64,000 nt of DNA from Eledone cirrhosa (taxonomy: Eukaryota). Made by a program: the position numbers and the translations under genes. The stretch covers positions 141,050,001 to 141,114,000 of the forward strand of contig OZ024740.1 in NCBI GenBank assembly GCA_964016885.1, given 5' to 3'. Below, in pieces: positions 18,162 through 31,252 of the stretch; positions within the stretch are counted from its first letter, which is position 1; the number at the start of each line of letters is the position of its first letter. A model generated the notes under the pieces. That model did not search any database and was not told the DNA's origin. It was given only the letters and a program-made list of their open reading frames with translations.

Positions 18162-18483
18162 TATGTACACGTACATACATATATGTATACCGACGTACAG
18201 TAGTATGTATATATATATATATACATACATGCACACATATATATATGCACGTATGGATTCACCGAACATTTATTATAATGCTCGGTGTGTTTGTAAACAA
18301 ACATCCCGTATTAAGCCGTAGTGTCTAGCAACCACCGTTGCTCGTTTGTTCAACACTGACAAAGGAACGCTGTACTAGTTTCAAGCTTGTTAGCTATCAT
18401 CAGCAACGTATACCTTCCTGCCAGATTGTTGAACGTATATACTTACCTTATGCATATTAACGGCTGAGTAGCCCAATTTGCAA
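18158..18483 (-). mobile_element. PLE-like fragment with minimal hammerhead 18367-18409 (-)
   Basis: acgttg CTGATGA tagc taacaa gctt GAAAC ta GTA cagcgt; near-identical to 43588-43912. Confidence 0.85.
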
Positions 18484-18492
18484 TATATATAT

Positions 18493-18698
18493 AACGAAGG
18501 AAATGTGGTAAGGAACCAGAGGGACCATAACGCACCAAAGTACTCAATACTTAGGGTAGTAGAGTTGGTAATAGGAACGAGTAGGACCCCGACGGCTGAG
18601 CTCAAGCCGTTTCGACGGCTAATTCTGGACTAAATTTAGTCTTGAATTAGCTGTCGAAACGGCTTGAGCTCAGCCGTCGGGGTCCTACTCGTTCCTAT
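18493..18698 (-). mobile_element. PLE-like hairpin mini-element, family B (also 22178-22384, 24291-24402, 33561-33779)
   Basis: Inverted arms 18571-18634/18635-18698 carry the hammerhead 3' half CGAAACGGCT tgagctc AGCCGTC ggggtcc; unique tail with GTATTGAGTAC; all four copies lie in (TA)n. Confidence 0.85.
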
Positions 18699-18866
18699 AT
18701 ATATATATATATATATATATATCCAAGTACTTATTTGTGTACACATACACATCTACATACACCTCACATACACACACAAATGTACATGTGTTAGAACATA
18801 GATGTACAAACCTACTACCTATTTCCATCAATCAGCAACACATCCATCCCAACACATTTTCATTCA

Positions 18867-19473
18867 TTTGGCAGTATCGGTAGAGGGTCGGACGCCATGC
18901 TTTGCAGCATAGAGTTATGGCCCTTTATGATCTGAGTTCAAATCCCGCCGAGGTTAACTTTGCCTTTCATCCTTATGGGGTCGATAAAATAAAGTACCAG
19001 TAATGCACTGGGATAATTGCTGGCCTTGTGCCAAAAGTAGAAATAATTAAATTACTCCCCTATCCGGTGGATTGGCAGTATCGGTAAAGAGTCGGACGCC
19101 ATGCTTTGAAGCATAGAGTTACGTCCCTTTATGATCTGAGTTCAAATCCCGCCGAGGTTAACTTTGCCTTTCATCCTTACGGGGTCGATAAAATAAAGTA
19201 CCAGTAATGCACTGGGATAATTGCTGGCCTTGTGCCAAAAGTAGAAATAATTAAATTACTCCCCTATCCGGTGGATTGGCAGTATCGGTAAAGAGTCGGA
19301 CGCCATGCTTTGAAGCATAGAGTTACGTCCCTTTATGATCTGAGTTCAAATCCCGCCGAGGTTAACTTTGCCTTTCATCCTTACGGGGTCGATAAAATAA
19401 AGTACCAGTAATGTACTGAAATAATTGCTGGCCTTGTGCCAAAAATAGAAACAATTAAATTACTCCCCTATCC
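18867..19473 (+). repeat. Tandem trimer of the tRNA-derived SINE, 204-bp unit
   Basis: Three SINE copies each followed by TAAATTACTCCCCTATCC. Confidence 0.9.
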
Positions 19474-19731
19474 AACTACTCATCCTACCACTCGCTACCT
19501 CTTTCTCTCTCTCTCCCTCTCTCTCTCTCTTCATATCTCTCTCTCTACCTTTCTCACACTCACTCACATGAATACAAATATATGTAGATGTTCTTATACA
19601 ATGCTACCCCCCCCCCCCCACTCCCTATCATGCAACAGTATATCTACTGCATGTAAATGCATACACATAGATACACACACATACATATATCGATACATAC
19701 AAACATACATACCCATATACATTTATATATG

Positions 19732-20110
19732 GTGGCTGCCAACTCGTTTTCGAGTACGGCCACTACTTTATATCCATGTAGGAGAACCCCTACCGATGCG
19801 CTGAGCGAGTGTGACTTTTTAATCCAGCCAGCGACTTGAAAACTCTGGTACAAACACTACACTTGTGACAATTATTGACACATAGTGCATTGCCTTTGGT
19901 ACCATGTGACGACAAGTGCAGAGAGATCTCCAGATATAAAGCAATGCCTGTGCCGTGAAGCTTTTATAGTGAGCAAAGGCACTGCACGAAGCCAGTCCCA
20001 CTCTCTTAACCAAGATGATATTTACCAAAAAGAAGAACAAGTCAACATCATTGGATACCATCAGAGTTGCAGGTGTTATATCAGAGTTTTCCTTCTCCTA
20101 GAATTCTGCC
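19732..20110 (-). mobile_element. Bipartite RTE derivative family 2, 5'-truncated
   Basis: Matches 31475-31860; ends GTACTCGAAAACGAGTTGGCAGCCACC. Confidence 0.85.
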
Positions 20111-20257
20111 TTTATATATATGTACATACATACATACACACATACATACATACATACATACATACATACATACATACATACATACATACATACATACATG
20201 AGCGCACGCACACAACGATTTCACACACAAGATTACTAGGACTTTACACACACGCAG

Positions 20258-20322
<65 letters not shown>

Positions 20323-20624
20323 GTTAACCACATTACACATACGTACACGCAAACATACACAGCTTTACTCTCTCCCTACCGTCCCCTTTCCTAACTCAAT
20401 CAATACAACTCTTCCCAAGTCTTGCATCCTCACCCTTCCTTCTTTCCCTCCCACTCCTACTACATTTCCCAATCTGCACCCCTCTCACTCCCCTCTCCAC
20501 GTCGATCGATCCATCGACCGAATTTCTTTGCTTTTTGTCTCCCACTTTCATCATCCCACTCCCAAACATCATCCCACCACCACCACTTCCACCATCGTCA
20601 CCACGTAGATCACCAGAGGGAGCA

Positions 20625-20830
20625 TCGATGCGGTCGCCCGACCTACTAGAAATAGCAGCCAACCTTTCCCATCCTAAAATCACAAGCTACTGTTTAGAGA
20701 AAGTAGACCGGTCCTCTGGAATACACTGTATTTGAATAGAAGACGAGATGGTCACGGCTGGAAAGCGTCTTTTGACGTAGGTCAGTGCGATGAGAGCTGA
20801 CCCGGCGTTAAATAAAAGAAACAACACTTC
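20625..20830 (+). mobile_element. SINE 3' portion
   Basis: CTAGAAATAGCAGCCAA...GATGGTCACGGCTGGAA...GCTGACCCGG with A-rich tail; related to 130-525. Confidence 0.55.
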
Positions 20831-20939
20831 CACCACCACTGATTATATTGTACTGTATTATAGAAAACTATAGTACAGTATAGTGTTGTACTGTACTGTA
20901 TTGTACTGCTCATGAAATGCACCAGATCTGTTACTAATG

Positions 20940-21485
20940 ACACAACATACAAACCCAACAAGAGCAACAACAGCAATAAAAATCAATAATCCCCAACACC
21001 AACACCACCACCAACAACGACAACAAAATCACAGCGACGACGACCAGCACCACCACTACCATCATCACCATCAGTTTCATCACTACCGACAACACCAACA
21101 CTATCACGGTGACAACGACGATCACCACGACGACCACCACCACCACCAACATCGCCACCACCACCACCACCACCACCATCATTAACATCACTAATACAAC
21201 TCCAAACCACCCCAACATGCAACACCAACACCACAACCAACAACAACAACAACAAACCACCATCAACATCAACACTAACCACCACCACCACCACCATCGC
21301 TACAGGCATCAAAACTACCACCAACACCAATAGCACAACCATCACCACCATCAACAACAACGACAATAACTACATTAACACTATAACAACGACGACCACT
21401 ATGAATACTACACTAGCTCTACAACCAATACTATCGCCACCAGCAACATCGTGGGTTTTCTCATTAGTAAATGGCTTGGCTTTCG

Positions 21486-21533
<48 letters not shown>

Positions 21534-21617
21534 GCCACCATTGCCACAACCAACCCTACCATCGATAAAACCGTTTCGTTTCTTGCCGTTAATACTATCG
21601 CTATCACCACCACCCCT

Positions 21618-21649
<32 letters not shown>

Positions 21650-21650
21650 T

Positions 21651-21686
<36 letters not shown>

Positions 21687-21790
21687 CACCACCACCACCA
21701 CCACCACCACCACCACCACCACAACTCTACTACTACTACTAATGTACTGGGTAGTTGCTGTTGGTGTTGTTGGCATCATTACCCTCACTA
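20940..21790. repeat. Mixed (CAC/CAA/CTA)n low-complexity tract
   Basis: Direct reading. Confidence 0.9.
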
Positions 21791-22145
21791 ACTAATATCA
21801 TAAAGGCGGTCGATGTGTATAGGTGGTAGGTGAGGTGTAAGTAGTTATCGCTAAGTATTCGTCGAAACCGGGGACTGTAAACCGGTTTCATTTCCTACTT
21901 GGAAGCACTTCACTTCACTTCACTTCAATTCACTTACGTCATCAACGCTCCCCCACGATCCATACACTAGCATGAATGGCACAGCATCCTTGCCCCCATT
22001 ACTTCGATATGTCTTATAAACTTCATATGATTAGAGGGCGTTTGTGGTTAATGTTATATTATGTAATTTGTGACCTGATTTCGTCTCCTAATGTATCAAA
22101 GGCCCCTTTTATATCGCTTAATATCCGATGTACACCCGCACACAT

Positions 22146-22178
<33 letters not shown>

Positions 22179-23074
22179 ACGAAGGAAATGTGGTAAGGAA
22201 CCAGATGGACCATAACGCACCAAAGTACTCAATACTTAGGGTAGTAGAGTGGGTAATAGGAACGAGTAGGACCCCGACGGCTGAGCTCAAGCCGTTTCGA
22301 CGGCTAATTCTGGACGGCTAATTAGTCCAGAATTAGCCGTCGAAACTGCTTGAGCTCAGCCGTCGGGGTCCTACTCGTTCCTATATATATATATAGAGAG
22401 AGAGAGTGGGAGAGAGATGTACATCACTTAATAGCCGATGTGTATACATACACACACACACACACACACGCACGCACACATATATGAATTCAAACACACA
22501 TACACACATAATAATTGTTTCTACTTTTGGCACAAGGCCAGCAATAACTCAGTGCATTACTGGTACTTTATTTTATCGACCCCGTAAGGATGAAAGGCAA
22601 AGTTAACCTCGGCGGGATTTGAACTCAGAATGGCTAGGGCCGCAACTCTATGCGTCAAAGCATGGCGTCCGACCCCCTACCGATACTGCCAATCCACCAC
22701 CATAATAATAATAATTGTTTCTACTTTTGGCACAAGGCCAGCAATTATCCCAGTGCATTACTGGTACTTTATTTTATCGACCCCGTAAGGATGAAAAGCA
22801 AAGTTAACCTCGGCGGGATTTGAACTCAGAATTGCAAGGGCCGCAACTCTATGCTAGAAAGCATGGCGTGCAACCCTCTACCGATACTGCCAATCCACCA
22901 CCATAATAATAATAATAATGTGTAATGATATTTAAGTATTGTAATACATCTACCACTCTATTATTTTGACCTGATATTTAATTGATAAGTGATATATATT
23001 ATATAGTGTTCTTGAATAATTTGTCTTGATATTATATTAATTCTATATATTATATTAATCGTTTTTGATTTTAA

Positions 23075-23175
23075 TAAACTCTGATGATCCCTATGGTTTG
23101 TGCTAGCTAATAGCAAATTGCTGAATAAAATAACTTGTTAGAGGTACATGGGAAGAAACAATTGTCAGTATTTAA
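23075..23175 (+). ncRNA. Type I hammerhead with extended stem II
   Basis: taaact CTGATGA tccctatg..catggga a GAAAC aatt GTC agtattta; stem I imperfect. Confidence 0.7.
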
Positions 23176-23577
23176 ATGTCCTAAACTTTTCATTTTGGTT
23201 TGTAAGCACATTATAATTGGTGGATTGGCAGTATCGGTAGAGGGTCAGACGCTATGCTTTGCAGCACAGTTACGTCCCTTTACGAACTGAGTTCAAATCC
23301 CGCCGAGGTTAACTTTGCCTTTTATACTTACGGGGTCGATAAAATAAAGTACCAGTAATGTACTGTTAATTGCTGGCCTTGTGCCAAAAGTAGAAACAAT
23401 TATAATTATATATAGAGAGATAGATAGATAGCATACGCCAGTTGAAATATATGTGGGGGCGTGTGTTAGCGTGTAATTAACTTAACTGTAGCATAAGATG
23501 CTGCCGAGTAGGTTCTATTTGTAGCGAAGCTATATGTGATTGTATGTGGGTGGGTGAATATAAATATAAATATATAC

Positions 23578-23613
<36 letters not shown>

Positions 23614-23698
23614 ATACAATATATTAACAAATGGAAACTATATTTATAAAACCATTTTTAATCTTGTTGAATCCCAACAAATTAAATATAACCTATGG

Positions 23699-23729
<31 letters not shown>

Positions 23730-23730
23730 A

Positions 23731-23769
<39 letters not shown>

Positions 23770-23797
23770 GATATATATATAGAGAGTGATATGTATT

Positions 23798-23907
<110 letters not shown>

Positions 23908-23950
23908 TTGGGGAGGGTCATATTGTAATAATATTGCCAGAAATAATAAA

Positions 23951-23981
<31 letters not shown>

Positions 23982-24061
23982 AACATTCATATTTGTTGAA
24001 TTACCAACAAATTGAATATCCCTTCTGATAAATATATATATTTGTTGGTAGAAATCCGTAG

Positions 24062-24201
24062 ATGTGCTACCATTGGTTTCGGTGTCCAGTTATGGCCGCC
24101 ACTGTATATTGGAGGAGGCACTTTTAAACTGTTCCTTCATTTGTCCACGTGTCCATAACAGTGGTGGCCATAACTGGACACTGAAACCAATGGTAGCACA
24201 T
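24062..24201. mobile_element. 44-bp-arm hairpin carrying hammerhead 3' halves
   Basis: Arms 24062-24105/24158-24201; + strand gtgtcca..tggacac t GAAACC aat GGTA gcacat; CTGANGA absent. Confidence 0.7.
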
Positions 24202-24407
24202 ACATATCTAGTGTATGAAACTTTGTTTATACTACACACACATGTATGTATGTGTATAAATACATCTATAATGTATATATATATATATATAACGAAGGAA
24301 ATGTGGTAAGGAACCAGATGGACCATAACGCACCAAAGTACTCAATACTTAGGGTAGTAGAGTGGGTAATAAGAACGAGTAGGGGGTCCTACTCGTTCCT
24401 ATATATA

Positions 24408-24519
<112 letters not shown>

Positions 24520-24560
24520 CATATATATATATATATATATATGTTTATATATATATATAT

Positions 24561-24613
<53 letters not shown>

Positions 24614-24616
<3 letters not shown>

Positions 24617-25032
24617 GATATTAAATAAATGGAAACTATATTTATAAAACCATATTTATTTCATTATATATATTTCAGGGATATCATATTAACAATATGC
24701 TATGCCTTCCTCAGACAAAATACAATATAAACAGTTTTATAGATAAATAGATTTGACATACCGTACAACATCGACTTGTATTTGAAAAGTTGAATTGGCA
24801 GATTCAAATCTATTTATCTATAAAACTGTTTATATTGTATTTTGTCTGAGGAAGGCATAGCATATTGTTAATATGATATCCCTGAAATATATATAATGAA
24901 ATAAATATGGTTTTATAAATATAGTTTCCATTTATTTAATATCGTAAATATACTCCAAATACTTGTCGAGTGCTTTTATATCAGTTATAAATATTTACTA
25001 GTTGTAACCCAACAATTTAAATATAACTTTCC
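24614..25032 (+). mobile_element. PLE-like hairpin element with hammerheads at 24657-24722 (-) and 24838-24903 (+)
   Basis: Arms 24614-24756/24804-24946; tattttgt CTGAGGA agg..cct GAAAT atat ATA atgaaata; reduced relative at 23615-23700. Confidence 0.85.
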
Positions 25033-25082
<50 letters not shown>

Positions 25083-25087
<5 letters not shown>

Positions 25088-25322
25088 AATCTACCAAAAT
25101 ATACGGTAGTGTCCAATCCGTATGAAGAACTCAATGTAATCCAAATATCATGAAAAGAGATGTATTCAAAATTTTTTCGATGAAAAACACAGGAAAACAG
25201 AGTGAAGATAAATTAATAAAAATAATGAATAAAAACAAAGAAACAGTTCCTTATATTAAAAAATTCAATTTTTTAATATAAGGAACTGTTTCTTTGTTTT
25301 TATTCATTATTTTTATTAATTT
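25083..25322 (-). mobile_element. PLE-like tail with ~55-bp inverted arm (family of the 30034 hammerhead element)
   Basis: Arms ~25210-25264/25267-25322 match 30195-30240; ATTGAGTTC motif on - strand. Confidence 0.7.
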
Positions 25323-25548
25323 ATATATATATATATATGTAGGAGCCACGAAAAAAAAAGCGCCCAAAACTCACTGCAAATGAGGTTGGTGTTAGGAAGG
25401 ACATCCAGCTGTAGAAATCAAGCCAGAATCAGTTCCTGTATGAGCAAGACAAGGTCAGCCGACTGGACACTGTTCACATGACAACCCGTCTAACCAATGC
25501 TAGCGTGGAAGAACGGACGTAAAACGGTGATGGTGATGATGATGATTA

Positions 25549-25605
<57 letters not shown>

Positions 25606-25743
25606 GTTGTGTCTGTGTGTGTGTGTGTGCGCGTATGTGTGTGTGTGCGTGTGTGTCGTATGAGACGCTGCCTGCTAAATTCTATTTGTAGCGTTGCTAT
25701 ATGCTTGTATGTGGGTAGGTATGCATATCTCTCTCTCTCTCTC

Positions 25744-25812
<69 letters not shown>

Positions 25813-25838
25813 GTGTGTGTATATATATATATATATAA

Positions 25839-26355
25839 GATGGCTGCAAACTCTGCTACGAGTACTGCAATCGCTTGTCAGATTATACAGTTTGATACAC
25901 TTTTAAGTTACGGCCAGCCACACGAACCTGTAACAGATCCTGAACAAGCAATGCCTGTGCTTTGAAGGTTTTTAAAGTGGGGAATGGCCTTGCACTCGAC
26001 CAATCCCACTCTCTGAGCATCGAAAACACTACCCGAAAAGGAGAACTGTTCAACATCTTCGGATGCTTCCGAAGCCGCATATGTCTTTTTTCGGTGTTTC
26101 CCTCTCTTGTGACAGCAACTGGGGGCCTTTTTATTCCAGGTGAGAAAAAAAAAAGTACTATTTGGATGGCCATTGACACTACTGAGTTCCTCCGCTCTTT
26201 TCTGGGTCTTGTATTTCATATCGCTGGGCGTCCAAATATCACCCTCCTCACCAAGCAAGCTTGGTGGGGGTTGCTAGTTTAGTCGCCGATGACCCGACCA
26301 TGAGACAGGTTGTACTGGGTTACATGGTACCAGTAGCACTCGAGATCGACCTGAC
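25839..26355 (-). mobile_element. Bipartite non-autonomous RTE derivative, family 1
   Basis: Same 5' and 3' ends as 2152-2690. Confidence 0.85.
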
Positions 26356-26544
26356 ATATATACATATATATATGTTAGGTATTTCCGAAGGAAAAGCAAA
26401 GGAAAAAAGATATATTGCTATTTACTGTTATATATTATTTTTCTTGCCCTTCTTTTCTCATGTATATTTCCCGCTATTTTTCCAGCCTCACTTCCAATTT
26501 TTAACAGATTTTAAATCTCATTTCATATTCTTTATCCATAACAT

Positions 26545-26612
26545 CTCTGTCTGATGACCGATCCAGACGTATATTAATATCGTCTGGGATCCAGAAACCT
26601 TTAGTAATGGAG
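26545..26612 (+). ncRNA. Type I hammerhead ribozyme
   Basis: ctctgt CTGATGA cc gatccagacg..cgtctgggatc ca GAAAC cttta GTA atggag. Confidence 0.75.
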
Positions 26613-27041
26613 TAGTTATATTTTATGTTGTTCACTTTCTAATATACATATATATATGTATACATACAGTGGCGGACTGTCCAGGTTGCCCAATGGCAAG
26701 AGCCCAGAGTAACATTGCAGAGCCCACTGTAGTATTTTAGGGGCCAATGCTTTGCTTTAAAAAAATGCCTGAAATCTAAGAGAAAGAATAATAAAAAAAT
26801 AAATAAATAAAACAATTAAGCAAAGCATTTGGTCAACTAATTCCCCAGGAAATTACTAGAAACCAAAATATACGTTAGTGCAAATAGCTGGAATCAGTGG
26901 TTGTACATTCTATTAAATCTAAAGCTTAGTGTATTCATTCATGCATGCAAACATACATATATAGACATAGAGAAAGAGAGGGGGAGAAATGAGGTGCGAT
27001 AGAAATGAAACATGGATTACAGGTTAAAATATAGTCTAGAT

Positions 27042-27369
27042 CAGCGGTTCCCAACCTTTTATAATAAATTCCACCTTAATGATATAGCAAAACAGTATCC
27101 CCCCCCCCCCCCCAAAAAAAAAAAATTTAAAATTTTTGATATCATTTTTTTATGTAGAAATAATTTTAGCATGTCTTTTTATTTGTGAAGTAAAATCATA
27201 ATTAGAAAAGGTAGAAAGTTGATAAAAAGTTAAATATAAAAATTTGAAGCAAGAAAAAGAAAAAATTATGTTAGGAAACTACTCTTCTTTTTTATGTATA
27301 AAATTTTGTGATTTTTAGTTAATTCCCGTGGCTCCCCCAATAACTTGGCCCCCTCGTTGGGAACCAATG
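27042..27369. mobile_element. hAT-Charlie/Buster-type MITE
   Basis: TIRs CAGCGGTTCCCAAC / GTTGGGAACCAATG; TSD GTCTAGAT. Confidence 0.88.
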
Positions 27370-27377
27370 GTCTAGAT

Positions 27378-28094
27378 CAAAGGTTCTCAATGGGGGGCAT
27401 ATGCACCCGGGGGGGGGGCGTTTCGGAACTCCAGGGGGGCGTTTGGGAGCAAGGTCACGTTAGGGGGGCGTTTGAAGCTGGGGGGGGGGGGGGGTGAGAG
27501 GGCGCTGGAAGGCTCTTTATTTTGGTAAGTTTTATAAAACCATATTTGTATGTCTTTAAGACAGCCAGTGTGAATGCATTTGAATGAGCTTGCAGACAGC
27601 ATAACTATAGTCTGACCGCAGCTGTGAACAGGTGAGTCCGGTAATTGAGATCCTAAAAATGGAAAAACCCACAGTCAACTGGGTCAAAGACACTTTAAGC
27701 GCAGCCAGTTAGAATCTTATCTTTCCTTCACCGATAATGTATTTCATGTCTGAAATTATTGACTCAACCGTAACGAGTTAACACTATGTAGATCTATTTT
27801 ATTCCCTATTGTATAAATAATATTACAAATAAAAAAAAAAGAAAAGAAAAAACAGAAGCGAGTAGCACACACATCTAGGATCACATGCAACACATAGTCA
27901 GATAATACACACATCTAGAACCACATACAACACAATCAGATAATACACACATCTTTGGAATATTGTTAATCAATTTTTTAGTAATCTACTGATATAAAAA
28001 TCAGTAGTATATTGAAAAATGGAAAAATAGGGGGCGTTTCGTGATTTCGAGGGACAAAAGGGGGCGTTTGGCCTAAATGGGTTGAGAACCTATG
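27378..28094. mobile_element. Second hAT-Charlie/Buster-type non-autonomous element
   Basis: TIRs CAAAGGTTCTCAA / TTGAGAACCTATG; TSD GTCTAGAT. Confidence 0.88.
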
Positions 28095-28817
28095 GTCTAG
28101 ATAGATGTGAAACAAAACGAGGATGTAGTTTATGGAACACCCAAATGATTTAGAAGTCGACCTTAAATATGAGCAATAACATTAAGAAAGACATGAACGA
28201 AACCACAACACTTTGTTTTGAAAATTTTGAAAGTAGGTTTATAAGTATGAATTTTCATAGGATTTTAGAAGTTGTCTCTGTGGCCGAACGGTAGGCACTA
28301 GAGACGGTGGAGATCCTGACCTTGGGTTCATTCCTGGTCAAGAGGTACATGCAGCCTTTTTCAGTTTGTATTTTACAACCAATAGAAAAAAACTGAAAAG
28401 GTTGACCGCCAACCAAACTTCAGACCAGGATCACTACCGTCTATGATTCCTCCAACTAGGCCACCGCGACAGCTACAAGAGTGTAACGAAAATTGATAAT
28501 TATAAACCTACTTTCAAAATCAAACTTAAAAAGGCGTGGTGTCTTTCATGGCTTTCCTAGAGCTATTAGTAATATTTAGGGTCGACTTCTGGTCATTATT
28601 GAAAGTCTCTGGATTTCGCAAAATACATATTTTTTTATTGGAGAAGGTAAGATATTTTTCTGCAAAAATTTGATTGCCCTGTTTTGTTTCCAGTTATGTA
28701 TTTTTCGAAAATGTTATTTATTCATTACAAAAATTAAATGATAGCATTCTATATGTAGGTGGGCTCCCTTCATCTCCTGGCAACCGATATTTTTAGACCC
28801 AGTCCGCCACTGTATAC

Positions 28818-28939
<122 letters not shown>

Positions 28940-29042
28940 AAAGGAACGATCGACTTTCGTCAAATCGGACCGAGGAAACAATGTTTCCATTGGTCTTTCC
29001 AATTGCTAATACTATCTATCGGTCGCAACTCCAGGTAGAAGG

Positions 29043-29160
29043 AGCAACGTGAAATAAAGTGTCTTGCTCAAGGACATAACGCATCGCCCGGTCGGGGAAT
29101 CGAACTCACAAACTCGCGATTTCGAATCCAATTCTCTAACCACTCAGCCACACGCCTGTC
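29043..29160 (-). mobile_element. tRNA-derived SINE head (related pieces 10165-10272 and 55400-55520)
   Basis: Minus: AGGCGTGTGGCTGAGTGGTTAGAG (A box), GAGTTCGATTCCC (B box), CTTGAGCAAGACACTTTATTTCACGTTGCTCC. Confidence 0.75.
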
Positions 29161-29315
29161 CGTCTACATATATATTTGGTCACCAAATATCCAGACACCC
29201 AAAGGTCACCACGAATAACACAATCCATGACCACCGGGCAACCATAACTCCTTCGGAAACTGAATAATATTTATGTGTATATATGTAGATATATATGTAT
29301 GTGTGGCGGGGGGGT

Positions 29316-29514
29316 TATTCATTTTTATTAAGGCTAAAAGGTGAGTCTTGTTTCTCTGGAATTTCGCCTGTTTATCACAGGGTCATCAGACAAGATGAAC
29401 CTGTGATAAACAGACGAAATTCCAGAGAAACAAGACTCACCTTTTAGCCTTAATAAAAATGAATATCAAAACTCTACTTTGGTATTGAGTACTCCTTTCT
29501 CTCAGCCGTCAACA
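29316..29514 (+). mobile_element. PLE-like hairpin element with degenerate hammerhead (29347-29394, -)
   Basis: Arms 29316-29387/29395-29465; cttgt CTGATGA c cctg tgataaa cagg c GAAATTCCAGAGAA acaag; tail GTATTGAGTAC. Confidence 0.8.
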
Positions 29515-30033
29515 CATATACGTATATATACATATACATATATATATATATACTTTCTGTATCTGGATCTAAATGTGTGTGGCAGTGTTTATGTGCGCGC
29601 ATTAATGTCCATATGCTTATGATAATAGTATATACACATATATGTGTGTGTGAGTGTGTGTGTGTATGTATGTTCGTGGTTGTGTGTATGTTTATGCGTA
29701 TATGCGCGTGTGTGTGTGAATGTATGTATATGTGTGAGTATATGAATGTGTATATATTTATTTTTATATTTATATGTTTATATGCGTATATGTATTTTAT
29801 CTGTAGATTATAAACATACAGAGACATTAGCCCTGAATTTTTGTATTTACATACATCTTTTCGGCATGCGTATGCATGTGAACATATATTTTTATGCATA
29901 TCTGTGAACGAAGTTACTTACATATATACACACACCTAACTGTATAAACTTTTTGTGTTTCCATTGGTCAATTTGAACTCTGTTCCCAAACAGACCTGTA
30001 ATTTTGAATTGTTGTTATTATCAATAAATATAT

Positions 30034-30187
30034 TTCATTATTTCTGAAGACGGCATATATATGAGTTGGTATGTATATTTAATTTTGATAGTTTGTATAA
30101 TTTTGTATAATTTTGTACATAGATCTGTTAAATATACATGCCAATTCTAACACATATATATCCCAGAAACGATCGTTAAATAATGAA
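30034..30187 (+). ncRNA. Type I hammerhead with ~115-nt stem II domain, predicted cleavage after 30177
   Basis: Perfect 10-bp stem I ttcattattt/aaataatgaa; CTGAAGA; GAAAC gatc GTT. Confidence 0.85.
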
Positions 30188-30235
30188 CTTTTTTTGTTTA
30201 ATATAAGGAACTGTTTCATTGTTTTATTCATTATT

Positions 30236-30350
<115 letters not shown>

Positions 30351-30599
30351 GGTGTGGGTGTGTGTGTGTGTGAGTCCCGGGCTCAGTCGGGGTAACCACA
30401 GTAAGTAAGGTACTCAATACAAAGTAAAGTATATACAAGATTTAATATAGAAATGGCTTCGACTGGACTAGAACTGTTTCACTCGAAGGATATCATCAAG
30501 AGAAAGCTTTTCCGGTGATTTCCTTCGAATGAAACAGTTCTAGTCCCGTAGAAGCCATTTCCATATTAAATCTTATATACATGTATGTATGTATGTATG

Positions 30600-30631
<32 letters not shown>

Positions 30632-30752
30632 ACATTTCAGAAATTCAGCATGCCATAACTGTATATACACATGTATAGATACAGAAACATATGCACGTGT
30701 TCACGTAACTCAAAACATACAGAACCTCACATGCAGTAACATTCATACCTGT

Positions 30753-31004
<252 letters not shown>

Positions 31005-31252
31005 TGTTTTACATATATTCGCAGTTCCATTAATGGACTGTACTTACAACTTCCAAACTAACCGCGCTCTTTCTGGTTCTATGAAGCCCAGCTTCTCAAG
31101 ATTTGTACTGAAACAGTTAGTACCATACCTCAATTATCACAGGTACAAATCTAAAGGTGTGTATGTATGTATGTATGTATGTATGTATGTATGTATGTAT
31201 GTATGTATGTATGTATGTATGTATGTATGTATGTATGTATGTATGTATGTAT

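Larger units (their letters stand above)
26667..28812. mobile_element. Non-autonomous hAT transposon (2.1 kb) with nested insertions
   Basis: Perfect TIRs CAGTGGCGGACTG / CAGTCCGCCACTG; perfect 8-bp TSD TATACATA. Confidence 0.92.

Noticed and set aside
24062-24201. Classifying the hairpin elements as DNA-transposon MITEs
   Set aside because: Most have a one-sided unique tail, variable centres and hammerhead motifs, and lack superfamily TIR/TSD signatures.
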